Origin: Gemmatimonadaceae bacterium
Lineage (GTDB): Bacteria; Gemmatimonadota; Gemmatimonadetes; Gemmatimonadales; Gemmatimonadaceae
DNA length: 43,400 nucleotides
Direction of reading: 5' to 3'
NCBI GenBank assembly: GCA_039927215.1
Contig: JBDSVO010000245.1
Coordinates: 1 to 43,400, forward strand
Of the stretch, positions 9,256 to 18,727 are shown one piece after another (positions within the stretch are counted from its first letter, which is position 1; every line of letters begins with the position of its first letter). Under the pieces are notes generated by a model. That model was not told the origin of the DNA, did not search any database, and was given only the letters and a program-made list of their open reading frames with translations. Made by a program: the position numbers and the translations under genes.

Positions 9256-9265
9256 GTTGTATCTT
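9256..9265 (+). promoter_or_regulatory. Putative -10 element TATCTT, 6 nt before the mini-ORF ATG at 9272
   Basis: GTTGTATCTT-gcgccc-ATG, same geometry as the sites at 11296, 14642 and 24575. Confidence 0.5.
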
Positions 9266-9271
9266 GCGCCC

Positions 9272-9310
9272 ATGATTCGACCTGGGCCGTTCGTGCCGCC
9301 TGACGCGTGA
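9272..9310 (+). CDS. Putative 12-aa leaderless leader peptide MIRPGPFVPPDA coupled to the next gene
   Basis: ATG directly after the -10 motif; its TGA overlaps the GTG at 9307 (GTGA). Confidence 0.4.
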   Translation: MIRPGPFVPPDA

Positions 9311-11259
9311 TACTCCTGCCGCTCGCAGCCCTCATCGCACTCATCCTCGGGCAGCGTGCGCCCGGTGCCAGTTTCCGTGACGCGATCGTGCGCGGGTCGG
9401 TCCTGTGGGGAGTGGCTCTCGTATCACTGACCGAGCTTCTGAGTGCGCTGACTCTCGTGACGAAATGGGCTCTAGCCGCCGGCTGGGCGATAGTGCTCGC
9501 TGTCGCGCTCATCTGGATGTTCCGCGGGCAGAAGACGGACAAGCAAGCGACGCCTGGCGGGCACCTCTGGCGGGGTGATTTCGACGCCCTTTCTCTCACG
9601 CAGATGATCGCAATCGTCGGCGTTGCTGGGGTAACTCTGGCACTCGCACTGCTCGCTGCGCCGGCGACCGAGGATTCCATGGTTTACCACCTGCCGCGCG
9701 TGATGCACTGGATTCAGGACCAAAGCGTTGCGTTTTATCCGACACACATCAGGCGTCAGCTCTGGCCGAGTCCGGGAGGTGAGTTCGTCGTCCTGCATGG
9801 CCACCTGCTAACCGGAAGCGACCGCTCGGTGACCCTTCTACAGTGGCTTGCCTATCTTGGTGACATCATTCTCGCCAGCGTCGTGGCGAAGCAGCTCGGA
9901 GCGCAGAAAAGAGGCCAGCTGTTCGCCCCTTTTTTTTTCGCGCTTCTTCCTCCAGCCGTCGCACAGGCGTCCGGCGCGCAGGTCGAGCTCATTGCGGCGT
10001 TCTGGTTCGGATGCGCTGTCGTGCTTGGCCTTCAAATGATGAACGACATAAGAGAGGCCAGAAGCTTGTGGTCGGCCTGCCTGCTCGGCGCAGCCATTGG
10101 GCTGGCAATACTAACCAAGACAACTGCGTTCGTTTTTCTGTCGCCGTTCGTCCTCTGGTATCTGGTAGCCACCATGCGGCGCGAACCGCTCCGCGCGATC
10201 GGCAGCTGTGTGGTGGCCGGACTCCTAGCACTCGCTTTGAATGCACCACACGCGGCGCGCAACCTCGCGACGTACGATAGTCCTCTTGGACCTACCGGCG
10301 GGAACGGCCAGGTAAACTCGGCGTTTTTCTCGGCTGGCTTCGTCTCGAACGTAGTACGGAACACATCGCTCCATTTCGGAACGAGATCGCCGCGTGCCAA
10401 TCTCTCGCTGTACAGCTGGGTCCTTGGAATCCACAGATTCCTTGGCGTGAGCGCTGATGATCCACGAACCACCTTTCCGGGATTGCGCTATAGACCCGTG
10501 CGGATGGAGTACGCAGAGGTGACTGCTGGCGCGCCGATTCATGTCCTGCTCATTGCGGCTTCGCTGCTGATTCTGGGGTGGAGGGCCAGGCGAAAGGATA
10601 CCGCCCCGCTTCTCCTTCTTGTCGCCGTCGTAACAGGATTTCTGATGTTCAGCTTCTTCCTGCGATGGCAGCCCTGGCATTCCAGACTTTGGGTTCCGCT
10701 TTTCGCGGTTGGTGCAGGTGCAGTTGGCGTGGCGTTCGAATCGATGGCGCGTCCCCTGGTGCGAGGTGCGATCGTCGGGCTGATGATGCTCGGTGTCCTG
10801 CCTGCCCTCGTCCTCAATCCTCCGCGACCTCTGGTGTGGCGGATACCCATTTACTCCATTCCGAGGGAGCGGCAATACTTTGCGGAAAACTATCCGCCCT
10901 ATCGCACTTACCGGGACGCTGCAGACTATCTGGCGGGTGTAGGGTGCTATGATATCGGCGTCTGGCTACGCGGAGATGGCGAAGAGTATCAGCTCTGGCC
11001 GCTCTTGCAGGCACGCGCTGCGCGCGTCGGCCGGCAGATTCGCATCCGGCACGTCCTCGTAGGCAACGAAACAGTTAAACTGGAGGGTCGACTTGCCGGT
11101 GACAATTTCCGCCCGTGCGCCCTGGTTTTCATGTTCCCGCAGGTTCCGGCGTCCGCACTGCCCGTCCCAGCGGGATTCAATCCCGTCTGGGAGCGAGATT
11201 CTTTCAGAATTTATTCGATGCCCGACGGGTGGGCTCCGGCAAAAGACGGGACAACCTGA
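9307..11259 (+). CDS. GT-C (ArnT/PMT_2-like) membrane glycosyltransferase
   Basis: Many TMs; EDSMVYHLPRVMHWIQ first-loop motif; GLAILTKTTA; RNLATYDSPLG; RWQPWHSRL. In-frame TGA at 9301 fixes the earliest start at 9307. Confidence 0.8.
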   Translation: MILLPLAALIALILGQRAPGASFRDAIVRGSVLWGVALVSLTELLSALTLVTKWALAAGWAIVLAVALIWMFRGQKTDKQATPGGHLWRGDFDALSLTQMIAIVGVAGVTLALALLAAPATEDSMVYHLPRVMHWIQDQSVAFYPTHIRRQLWPSPGGEFVVLHGHLLTGSDRSVTLLQWLAYLGDIILASVVAKQLGAQKRGQLFAPFFFALLPPAVAQASGAQVELIAAFWFGCAVVLGLQMMNDIREARSLWSACLLGAAIGLAILTKTTAFVFLSPFVLWYLVATMRREPLRAIGSCVVAGLLALALNAPHAARNLATYDSPLGPTGGNGQVNSAFFSAGFVSNVVRNTSLHFGTRSPRANLSLYSWVLGIHRFLGVSADDPRTTFPGLRYRPVRMEYAEVTAGAPIHVLLIAASLLILGWRARRKDTAPLLLLVAVVTGFLMFSFFLRWQPWHSRLWVPLFAVGAGAVGVAFESMARPLVRGAIVGLMMLGVLPALVLNPPRPLVWRIPIYSIPRERQYFAENYPPYRTYRDAADYLAGVGCYDIGVWLRGDGEEYQLWPLLQARAARVGRQIRIRHVLVGNETVKLEGRLAGDNFRPCALVFMFPQVPASALPVPAGFNPVWERDSFRIYSMPDGWAPAKDGTT

Positions 11260-11293
11260 TTCCGCGCAGCAATCCCCACCTTTTCAAATTTCG

Positions 11294-11310
11294 TGATTGT
11301 ATCTTGTAGC
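11294..11310 (+). promoter_or_regulatory. Putative leaderless promoter TGATTGTATCTTGTAGC (exact copy at 14640-14656)
   Basis: TATCTT at 11300-11305 lies 7 nt before ATG 11313, with no SD. Confidence 0.6.
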
Positions 11311-11312
11311 CC

Positions 11313-11756
11313 ATGATCGAAAGCCTGAAAGTCGGCGACCAGCTACTCGCAGTGATTGTCTCGCACAACTTCGACCAGCCGGGAATCCATTTCTTCACCC
11401 CCAACGAGCTCTCCCAGCAGCTCGCATACATGCGGCACCCGGCTGGAAAGGTTATTGATCCTCATATCCACAATCCGGTAAGCCGGAGCGTCCAGTACAC
11501 GCAGGAAGTGCTTTTCATAAAGCGCGGGCGCCTTCGTGTGGATTTTTACGATAACGATCGGAACTACATCGAGAGCCGTATCCTTCAGGGCGGTGACGTG
11601 ATTCTCCTCGCCACTGGCGGTCATGGATTCGAGGTGCTGGAAGAGATCGAGATGATCGAGGTGAAGCAGGGCCCCTACGCCGGTGATCAGGACAAGACGC
11701 GCTTCGACGGCATTTCTTCCGACCAGGTGAACATCGGGCTGGGCAACGGCGGGTGA
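11313..11756 (+). CDS. Cupin-fold protein associated with NDP-amino-sugar synthesis
   Basis: PHIHN...TQEVLFIKRG...GGHGF...IEVKQGPY cupin metal-ligand pattern; coupled by GTGA to the DegT gene. Confidence 0.75.
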   Translation: MIESLKVGDQLLAVIVSHNFDQPGIHFFTPNELSQQLAYMRHPAGKVIDPHIHNPVSRSVQYTQEVLFIKRGRLRVDFYDNDRNYIESRILQGGDVILLATGGHGFEVLEEIEMIEVKQGPYAGDQDKTRFDGISSDQVNIGLGNGG

Positions 11757-12871
11757 GCGAATTCATTCCCGTCAACGAGCCGGTTCTCGACGGAAACGAA
11801 AAGATGTATCTCGCCCAGTGCATCGACAGCGGATGGATCTCGTCCGAGGGTCCGTTCGTCCGCGAGCTAGAGGCCAGATTCGCGGCGCGTGTGGGAAGAG
11901 AGCATGGAATTGCCGTCTCCAATGGTTCTGCCGCGCTGGACGCGGCAACGGCGGCGCTCCGCCTCGAGCCGGGCGACGAAGTGATCATGCCGACGTTCAC
12001 GATTATCTCCTGCGCTTCGGCTATCACCCGGCAGCGGGCCACACCGGTTCTTGTGGATTGCGACCCTGCGACGTGGAACATGGATCCGTCCAGCATCGAG
12101 TCGCGCATCACGTCGAGAACAAAGGCGATCATGGTTGTCCATCTCTATGGGCTACCTGTGGACATGGATCCCGTGCTCGACATAGCAAGGAGTCACAACC
12201 TGCGCATAATCGAAGATGCTGCGGAGATGATTGGCCAGACGTATCGCGGCTTGCCGTGCGGGTCATTCGGCGATCTGTCAACTTTCAGTTTCTACCCCAA
12301 TAAGCACATCACCACCGGTGAGGGCGGAATGATCGTAACGAACGACGACGCTCTCGCCGAGCGGTGTCGGTCGCTTCGCAATCTCTGCTTCGCCCCGGAG
12401 CGACGGTTCGTTCACGAAGAGCTGGGCTGGAACTTTCGAATGACCAATCTCCAGGCGGCGGTGGGCGTGGCGCAGCTCGAGCGCCTCGATGAATTCGTGG
12501 CGCGCAAGCGGCATTCGTTCGCGAGATACATGGCGCTGCTCGCTGATGTCGATCGCATTCAGCTTCCCGTGGCGTGCACTGAATACGCTGACAACATCAA
12601 CTGGGTGTTCGGCGTCGTCCTGGACGACGATGTTCCCCTCGACGCGGCCGGCGCGATGAGGCGTCTCGCCGAGCTTGGCGTCGGCACCAGGCCATTTTTT
12701 TGGCCGATGCACGAGCAGCCGGTGTTCAAGCGGATGGGATTTTTTGCCGGTGAGCGGTATCCCGAGGCAGAACGGATAGCGCGTCGCGGCTTTTATCTTC
12801 CCAGCGGACTCGCACTCACCGATGACCATATGGTGCGCGTGGCTGAGGCGGTGCGGCGGATTCTGGCTTGA
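11753..12871 (+). CDS. DegT/DnrJ/EryC1/StrS PLP aminotransferase (perosamine synthase-like)
   Basis: GWISSEG, VSNGSAAL, VHLYG, IIEDAAE, SFYPNKHITTGEGG (PLP Lys), GWNFRMTNLQAA, GVGTRPFF. Confidence 0.95.
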   Translation: MSEFIPVNEPVLDGNEKMYLAQCIDSGWISSEGPFVRELEARFAARVGREHGIAVSNGSAALDAATAALRLEPGDEVIMPTFTIISCASAITRQRATPVLVDCDPATWNMDPSSIESRITSRTKAIMVVHLYGLPVDMDPVLDIARSHNLRIIEDAAEMIGQTYRGLPCGSFGDLSTFSFYPNKHITTGEGGMIVTNDDALAERCRSLRNLCFAPERRFVHEELGWNFRMTNLQAAVGVAQLERLDEFVARKRHSFARYMALLADVDRIQLPVACTEYADNINWVFGVVLDDDVPLDAAGAMRRLAELGVGTRPFFWPMHEQPVFKRMGFFAGERYPEAERIARRGFYLPSGLALTDDHMVRVAEAVRRILA

Positions 12872-13635
12872 GCGTCTTCGAAGCCTACTCGCGCTACTAC
12901 GACCTTCTCTATCGGAATAAGGATTATGCGAGCGAGGCCCGATACGTCGCCGCGCTCATGGAGCGGCACGCGCCGGGAGCTCGGAAGGCGATCGAGATAG
13001 GGTGCGGCACGGGAGGCCATGCGCGCGAGCTTGCCGCGCTCGGTCTGCTGGTTCACGGCGTCGACCGGAGCGCCGGCATGCTGGAGGCCGCTGAAGCGAG
13101 CCTAGATTCGGTCGACCCGGAGATTCGGGCGCGCCTGCGCTTCACGCAGGGTGATGCCCGCTCTGTCCGCCTGGGCGAGAAAGCCGACGCGGTGATCTCG
13201 CTCTTTCACGTGATGAGCTACCAGACGTCGAATGAGGACCTGACGACGGCATTCGCCACCGCTCGAGAGCACCTTGATCCAGGCGGCGTGTTTATCTTCG
13301 ACTGCTGGTACGGGCCGGCCGTAGTTGTCGAGCGGCCGGCCGTGACCGTCAGGCGACTCGAAGATGACGCGCTGTCTGTCACGCGGATCGCCGAGCCGAC
13401 GATGGACTGGGCAAACAACATCGTGGATGTCAACTACACGGTGCTCATCCACGATCGAGAGACGGCGAAGTTCGAGACACTGCGCGAAACACACCGCATG
13501 CGTTACCTGTTCCAGCCTGAGGTGGAGCTTCTACTGGCTGAGAACGGATTGTCCCTGGTGGCGTCGCACGAGTGGATGACAGAGCGCGCGCCCAACCCTC
13601 ATACCTGGTCGGCCTGCTTCGTCGCGCGCGCATGA
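12868..13635 (+). CDS. SAM-dependent methyltransferase, TylM1/DesVI-like NDP-amino-sugar N-methyltransferase candidate
   Basis: YYDLLYRNKDYASEA...RHAPGA...IEIGCGTGGH; HLDPGGVFIFD. TTG start overlaps the DegT stop. Confidence 0.85.
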   Translation: MSVFEAYSRYYDLLYRNKDYASEARYVAALMERHAPGARKAIEIGCGTGGHARELAALGLLVHGVDRSAGMLEAAEASLDSVDPEIRARLRFTQGDARSVRLGEKADAVISLFHVMSYQTSNEDLTTAFATAREHLDPGGVFIFDCWYGPAVVVERPAVTVRRLEDDALSVTRIAEPTMDWANNIVDVNYTVLIHDRETAKFETLRETHRMRYLFQPEVELLLAENGLSLVASHEWMTERAPNPHTWSACFVARA

Positions 13636-13642
13636 AACGCTC

Positions 13643-14602
13643 ATGATCGAGAACACTCCGACCGTCAGCGTTATCGTCCCGAGCTATAACTACGAGCGAT
13701 TCCTCAAAGCGCGCCTGCAAAGCATCGTCGATCAGACGTATCAGGACATGGAAGTCATCGTTATCGACGACGCATCAACCGATGACAGCCGCTCAGTTAT
13801 TGAGAGCTTCTCGCACGATCCAAGAGTGCGGGCGGTTTATTGCACGGTAAACAGCGGATCTGTCTACCAGAGATGGAACGAGGCTGCAGCGATGGCCCGC
13901 GGACGTTACCTGTGGTTTGCGGGCGCCGACGATTATTGCGCCCCGGATTTGGTGGCGGAGCTGCTGACGTGCCTTAAAGAGCAACCGACGGTGGGGATAG
14001 CATTCGCTCAATCCTGGTTTGTCGATGAGCGCGGCAACAGACTTTTTCTCTCTCCCACGTGGACCCGTAGTCTGACAATGTCGGGAGCGGAGGCGATCCG
14101 AAAACTGGTGCTCGATACGACGATTGCTAATGCCAGTGCGGTCGTTGTTCGAGCTGATTTGTATCGCGACGTTGGTGGTTTCGATACGCGGTTCCGCCTT
14201 GCAGCAGACTGGCGTTTCTATGTCGACGTCCTTGCGAGATCAGATATGGTGTACGTGGCCAAACCGCTCAATTTCTGCCGCATCCACTCCACCACGGTAA
14301 GCCTGATCGCGCGGCGAGGCGGCGCCGAGGCGCTCGAGCGCTATCGTCTCCTCGAGGACTTCTGGAAACGGCATTCCTCGTTGAGCGATCTACGCGACGA
14401 GGCGCTGGACCGGGAGGCGGAAAGGTGTCTGCTCCACGCTGCGAATGCCCTCAGATTCGGAGAATTCAGCGCCGCAGGGAAGATTCTCTCGAGCGGTGCT
14501 GCTTTTGACACGCGTCACAACCGGCGCTTGCTGCGCGGATTGCCGAGCCTTGCAGAAGCGACGTGGAAAAAGATCTGGCGGGTCAGGAAGCCACGCGCGT
14601 GA
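13643..14602 (+). CDS. Glycosyltransferase family 2
   Basis: VSVIVPSYNY, IDDASTDDS, GADD, DWRFY. Confidence 0.92.
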   Translation: MIENTPTVSVIVPSYNYERFLKARLQSIVDQTYQDMEVIVIDDASTDDSRSVIESFSHDPRVRAVYCTVNSGSVYQRWNEAAAMARGRYLWFAGADDYCAPDLVAELLTCLKEQPTVGIAFAQSWFVDERGNRLFLSPTWTRSLTMSGAEAIRKLVLDTTIANASAVVVRADLYRDVGGFDTRFRLAADWRFYVDVLARSDMVYVAKPLNFCRIHSTTVSLIARRGGAEALERYRLLEDFWKRHSSLSDLRDEALDREAERCLLHAANALRFGEFSAAGKILSSGAAFDTRHNRRLLRGLPSLAEATWKKIWRVRKPRA

Positions 14603-14639
14603 ATGCAGAATGCTGTGCTTCATCCGCCGCGTTCCCTCC

Positions 14640-14656
14640 TGATTGTATCTTGTAGC
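14640..14656 (+). promoter_or_regulatory. Putative leaderless promoter TGATTGTATCTTGTAGC
   Basis: 17/17 identical to 11294-11310; TATCTT is 8 nt before ATG 14660, with no SD. Confidence 0.6.
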
Positions 14657-14659
14657 TGA

Positions 14660-15832
14660 ATGAAGAAGATCGGCGTCCTTCTCACTGCTCGCCCCGAGGG
14701 TGGACAGTTCCAATACACGCAAGCCCTACTCGAGGCCGCCATTCAGCTGCCCGACGATAGCTACTCAGTTGTTCTTGCGTACTACGATCCCTTTTGGCTC
14801 GAGCTCATTCGTGGCCGAGGGCGAGCACTGCAGCTGCACGATTCACTGTGGAGTCGGCTGATGAACAGGATCTGGCACGAGGCCGGCTTGCCGGTCTGGG
14901 CCTGGCGGAAGTACGCGGCGCCTTTCGACGCGAGCATGCGCGCACTCGTCGCCGAGCAATGCGATCTCTGGATCTTCCCCAGTCACGAGCGCCACGCGTT
15001 CAGGGCGGAAGTTCCGGCGTTGGGCAGCGTGCACGATCTGATGCACCGGTATGAGCCGTCGTATTCAGAGGTTTTCGAAAACGGTGAATACGCCGCCCGT
15101 GAGTTCCATTTCTCCGAAACCTGCCGGTGGTCAAAGGGGATACTTGTGGATTCTCCAGTCGGGAAACAGCAACTCGAGGCATCGTACAGCGTTGATCCCA
15201 GCAAGGTTTTCGTCCTGCCTTTCATCCCGCCAAGATACATTTACGACCACGCTTCAGAGGCCGATGCCGGCGTTGTGGAACGCTATTCGGTGCCTTCGAA
15301 GTATTTCTTTTATCCGGCCCAGTTCTACACTCACAAGAATCACCCCACGCTGATTTCTGCGCTGGCCCGGATGCGGGATTCGCATCCCGACGTCCGGCTC
15401 GTGCTCGTCGGGCGGCAGGAACGGAACGGATTCGAAAGAGTTCAACAGATGGTGCAGGACCACGGCCTTGTCGAGAACGTTCTGTTTCTCGGTTACGTTC
15501 CGGACAGTGACATGCCCGAACTGTACCGTCGTGCACGCGCTCTTGTGATGCCAACGTTCTTCGGCCCAACGAATATCCCGCCCCTCGAGGCGTTCGCGAT
15601 GGGATGCCCGGTGGCCACTTCCCGCATCTACGGAATCCCCGATCAACTGGGTGATGCCGCACTTTTGTTTGATCCCCATTCGGTAGACGAGCTACACGAG
15701 TGTCTGGAGAGACTCTGGACCGACGATCGTCTATGCGCAACGCTTGCGGAACGAGGCAGACAACACGCTCAGCAGTGGGGCCCGCTGCAGTTCAATGATC
15801 GCCTCCGAGAGGTGATCGAGGCACTGACATGA
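14660..15832 (+). CDS. Glycosyltransferase family 4 (GT-B)
   Basis: VHDLMH, YPAQFYTHKNH, FGPTNIPPLEAFAMGCPV. Confidence 0.92.
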   Translation: MKKIGVLLTARPEGGQFQYTQALLEAAIQLPDDSYSVVLAYYDPFWLELIRGRGRALQLHDSLWSRLMNRIWHEAGLPVWAWRKYAAPFDASMRALVAEQCDLWIFPSHERHAFRAEVPALGSVHDLMHRYEPSYSEVFENGEYAAREFHFSETCRWSKGILVDSPVGKQQLEASYSVDPSKVFVLPFIPPRYIYDHASEADAGVVERYSVPSKYFFYPAQFYTHKNHPTLISALARMRDSHPDVRLVLVGRQERNGFERVQQMVQDHGLVENVLFLGYVPDSDMPELYRRARALVMPTFFGPTNIPPLEAFAMGCPVATSRIYGIPDQLGDAALLFDPHSVDELHECLERLWTDDRLCATLAERGRQHAQQWGPLQFNDRLREVIEALT

Positions 15833-16821
15833 ACGGAGAGACACTGCCGTTCGTATCGGTCATCATCCCGACCTTCAACCGGTCGGTTACACTGCGAACG
15901 ACAGTTGAGAGCCTTCTGGCGCAGTCCTATCCGCCGGATCTCCTCGAGATCATCATCGTCGACAACGGGTCAACAGACGACACTCCGGAAGTTATCGAGA
16001 CGATGGGGAGCCGTGCACCCAACGTACGGGGGATTGTCGAGTCGCGTCGTGGCGCTCACTTCGCGCGCAACAGTGGCGCAATGACCGCGCGGGGGAGGAT
16101 CCTTTACTTCACCGACGACGATATGATCGCCGATCGGGCTCTGCTGGAGAGGATCGTCACCGCGTTCGCACCAGAATCGAACGTGGGATCAGCGACGGGG
16201 CGGATACTGCCCCGCTGGGAGACCGAGCCACCACGCTGGGTTCTCGAGCATTGCCGGAATGAGTTGCTGAGTCTCAACGATCTTGGTGAAGCGACGATCA
16301 TTTCACACGATGATCCCGGCGTGTTCAGCTGCCACCAGGCGGTGTTACGCGAGGCCTTCATGAAGGCCGGCGGCTTCAACCCCGATACCAACGCCGAAAA
16401 ATTCACCGGTGACAACGAGACTGGCCTGAATATCAAGATACGCAAGCTCGGCTATCGATTCGCCTATGTTGGCGGTTCCGTAACGCACCACATCATACCT
16501 GCCGCGAGGATGACCCAGCGCTACCTCAATAGCAGATTTGCGGACCAGGGGTTCTGCGACAGTTACACAGCCTATCAGGCGGTGCAGGTCAGCAGGCCGC
16601 GCCTCGCCGCCCGAGTGCTCGCTCACACGCTCCTTGCGGGAGCGAGCCTGGCCAAGGCGATGGTCCGACGTGCAGCGCGTGACCAACGGTGGCGTCTCGA
16701 TCTCGCAAGCATGTTCTACTGTCGAAATCGGGCGCGTTACGACACGCGGCTCATTCGCCACGGCGAGTGGCGCCGGTTCGTGGTCCGGTCTGACTGGTTG
16801 AGTGACGAGGCCGGTGTGTGA
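15829..16821 (+). CDS. Glycosyltransferase family 2
   Basis: VSVIIPTFNR, VDNGSTDDT, ARNSG, FTDDD, GGFN; ATGA coupling to the upstream gene. Confidence 0.92.
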   Translation: MNGETLPFVSVIIPTFNRSVTLRTTVESLLAQSYPPDLLEIIIVDNGSTDDTPEVIETMGSRAPNVRGIVESRRGAHFARNSGAMTARGRILYFTDDDMIADRALLERIVTAFAPESNVGSATGRILPRWETEPPRWVLEHCRNELLSLNDLGEATIISHDDPGVFSCHQAVLREAFMKAGGFNPDTNAEKFTGDNETGLNIKIRKLGYRFAYVGGSVTHHIIPAARMTQRYLNSRFADQGFCDSYTAYQAVQVSRPRLAARVLAHTLLAGASLAKAMVRRAARDQRWRLDLASMFYCRNRARYDTRLIRHGEWRRFVVRSDWLSDEAGV

Positions 16822-17780
16822 CCGGGGGCGTGCATCAACCTGTCGGACTTTCAATCGTGGTGGCCACATACAAGCGCGGCGACCGCCTCGCGCTCTGTCT
16901 TGAAGATCTCGCCGTGCAGGACACAACGGCCCCGTTCGAGGTGGTCGTGGTCCTGCAATCGTATCCGCCGGGCGCGGCCGATGCGCTGCGGGAGAGATTC
17001 GGCGACCGCCTGCAGCTCGAGTGCGTGACGTATTCCGAGGGGCTGGGTACCGGCCGTGCCAGAAACATTGGCTGGAGGATGGCTCGGGGAGAGATTGTCG
17101 CCTTTCTCGATGATGACGTCCGGCTGCCGTCGCATTGGGTTCGTGTGCTCCTCGCCTTCTATGGCGACGAGTCGATTGGCGCAGTAGGAGGATTTGTCGA
17201 TCATCCCGGACATTTCAATCCTGCGCGGAACGCGTTGTATCGCATCCTCGGCCTCACGTCGAGCCGGTACAAGATCGATTGGGGTGGATTCAACGTTGGC
17301 CCTACGACCCATCCGGATCACGATCTCGATGCAGGCTGGCTGTCAGGCGGCAACATGTCGTTCCGGCGTTCCGCAATCGCTGGCGTTGGCGGCTTCGATG
17401 AAGCACTTGGCGCGTTCTGGCACGAGGATGCCGACGTGTCGTGCCGCGTAGCCAGAGCGGGATGGCGAGTGCTCTCGACCCGCAAGATGACCGTCGAGCA
17501 TTACCCTAGTGCGGTCGGAAGACCACCGCTGCACCTGCAGATGCGCGAGCGCGAGCGCTCCCGCGTTCTGTTCGTCTGGAAGGCGATGGGTGACAAGCCG
17601 CTCTGGCGAGCGCGATATGCCGCGCGTCTGGTGCTTCAGGCGGCTGCGATGTCTGTCATCGGGCTCGTGAAGGGGGATGTTCGGATCCCGGTCAACGTGC
17701 TGAGGGGCGGCTGGGATGGTTACAAGGGTTTGCCCGCCTCGCGGGCCGCAAGCGAAGCTCAAAGGGAGGTCTCCCGATGA
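16818..17780 (+). CDS. Glycosyltransferase family 2
   Basis: SIVVATYKR, ARNIG, FLDDD, GGFDE, EDAD; GTGA coupling. Confidence 0.92.
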   Translation: MTGGVHQPVGLSIVVATYKRGDRLALCLEDLAVQDTTAPFEVVVVLQSYPPGAADALRERFGDRLQLECVTYSEGLGTGRARNIGWRMARGEIVAFLDDDVRLPSHWVRVLLAFYGDESIGAVGGFVDHPGHFNPARNALYRILGLTSSRYKIDWGGFNVGPTTHPDHDLDAGWLSGGNMSFRRSAIAGVGGFDEALGAFWHEDADVSCRVARAGWRVLSTRKMTVEHYPSAVGRPPLHLQMRERERSRVLFVWKAMGDKPLWRARYAARLVLQAAAMSVIGLVKGDVRIPVNVLRGGWDGYKGLPASRAASEAQREVSR

Positions 17781-18676
17781 GCGGCTCGATAACTATCGTC
17801 ATACCCACGTTCAATCGCGTAAAAGCACTCGAAGCGGTTTTGCCCTCATATCTCAGGCAGTCCGATGTTGCCCGGATCATTATCGTCGATGACGGAAGCA
17901 CCGACGGCACGCAATCGATGGTTGAACGCCGGGGCAGATCTGGGTCCATTCCGGTGGAGGTCTTGCGTCACGCCGAGCGGCGAGGCCAGCCGGCATCGCG
18001 TCTCACCGGAATCGGCGCAACGACCACTGACTGGCTATTGTTTGGCGAAGATGACGTCTGGCTTTCTGACGATTATTCAGCCACACTGCTCCATGAAGCT
18101 GAAGCGCTTGAGGCGTCGATCATTGCCGGAAGAATCGTCACCGCCCTTGTGGCCGGCGACTTCTCCGAGGACCGCCTGACGGATCCGCCAAGCGACGAAC
18201 GCGACTTCGAGTCCGTCTTCGACATCAATTCCATGAACGCTGATTTTTCGGCGCGGTTCCGGGCTCCGATGGTCGTCCCGTATTTACACTCGATTGCCTT
18301 GATCCGGCGCGACATCTTCGATCGTCTCTCGTTCGACACATGGTACGCCGGGAATTCGTGGCGCGAGGAGACGGACTTCTATCTCGCGGCAAACGCGAGC
18401 GGGGCAAAAGTCTATTTTACTCCCAATACCGTATGCTATCATCTGCGCGGTCCCATCTGCGCTTCAGGAGGCCAGAGAATCAACCGCCTTTGGCTGGAGT
18501 ATCTCGCCTGGCGCAATACACGTTATCTGGTGTCGAAACACTGGCAGTATCTCAAGCGTGCGCACGGGCTTCGCGGCTCGGCAAATGGCTGGATGGTGAA
18601 GTACTATGTGCGTCGGCAACTGGCTCAGCTTCAGAGAATCGCGCGCCAGGGCATGAGGTCCACATATCGTGGATAG
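17777..18676 (+). CDS. Glycosyltransferase family 2
   Basis: IVIPTFNR, VDDGSTDGT, FGEDD, REETDF; ATGA coupling. Confidence 0.92.
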   Translation: MSGSITIVIPTFNRVKALEAVLPSYLRQSDVARIIIVDDGSTDGTQSMVERRGRSGSIPVEVLRHAERRGQPASRLTGIGATTTDWLLFGEDDVWLSDDYSATLLHEAEALEASIIAGRIVTALVAGDFSEDRLTDPPSDERDFESVFDINSMNADFSARFRAPMVVPYLHSIALIRRDIFDRLSFDTWYAGNSWREETDFYLAANASGAKVYFTPNTVCYHLRGPICASGGQRINRLWLEYLAWRNTRYLVSKHWQYLKRAHGLRGSANGWMVKYYVRRQLAQLQRIARQGMRSTYRG

Positions 18677-18727
18677 CGTGAATCGTGAATACGCCCCAAG
18701 TTTCGCAACTTCTCTTCGTCTTCCCGA

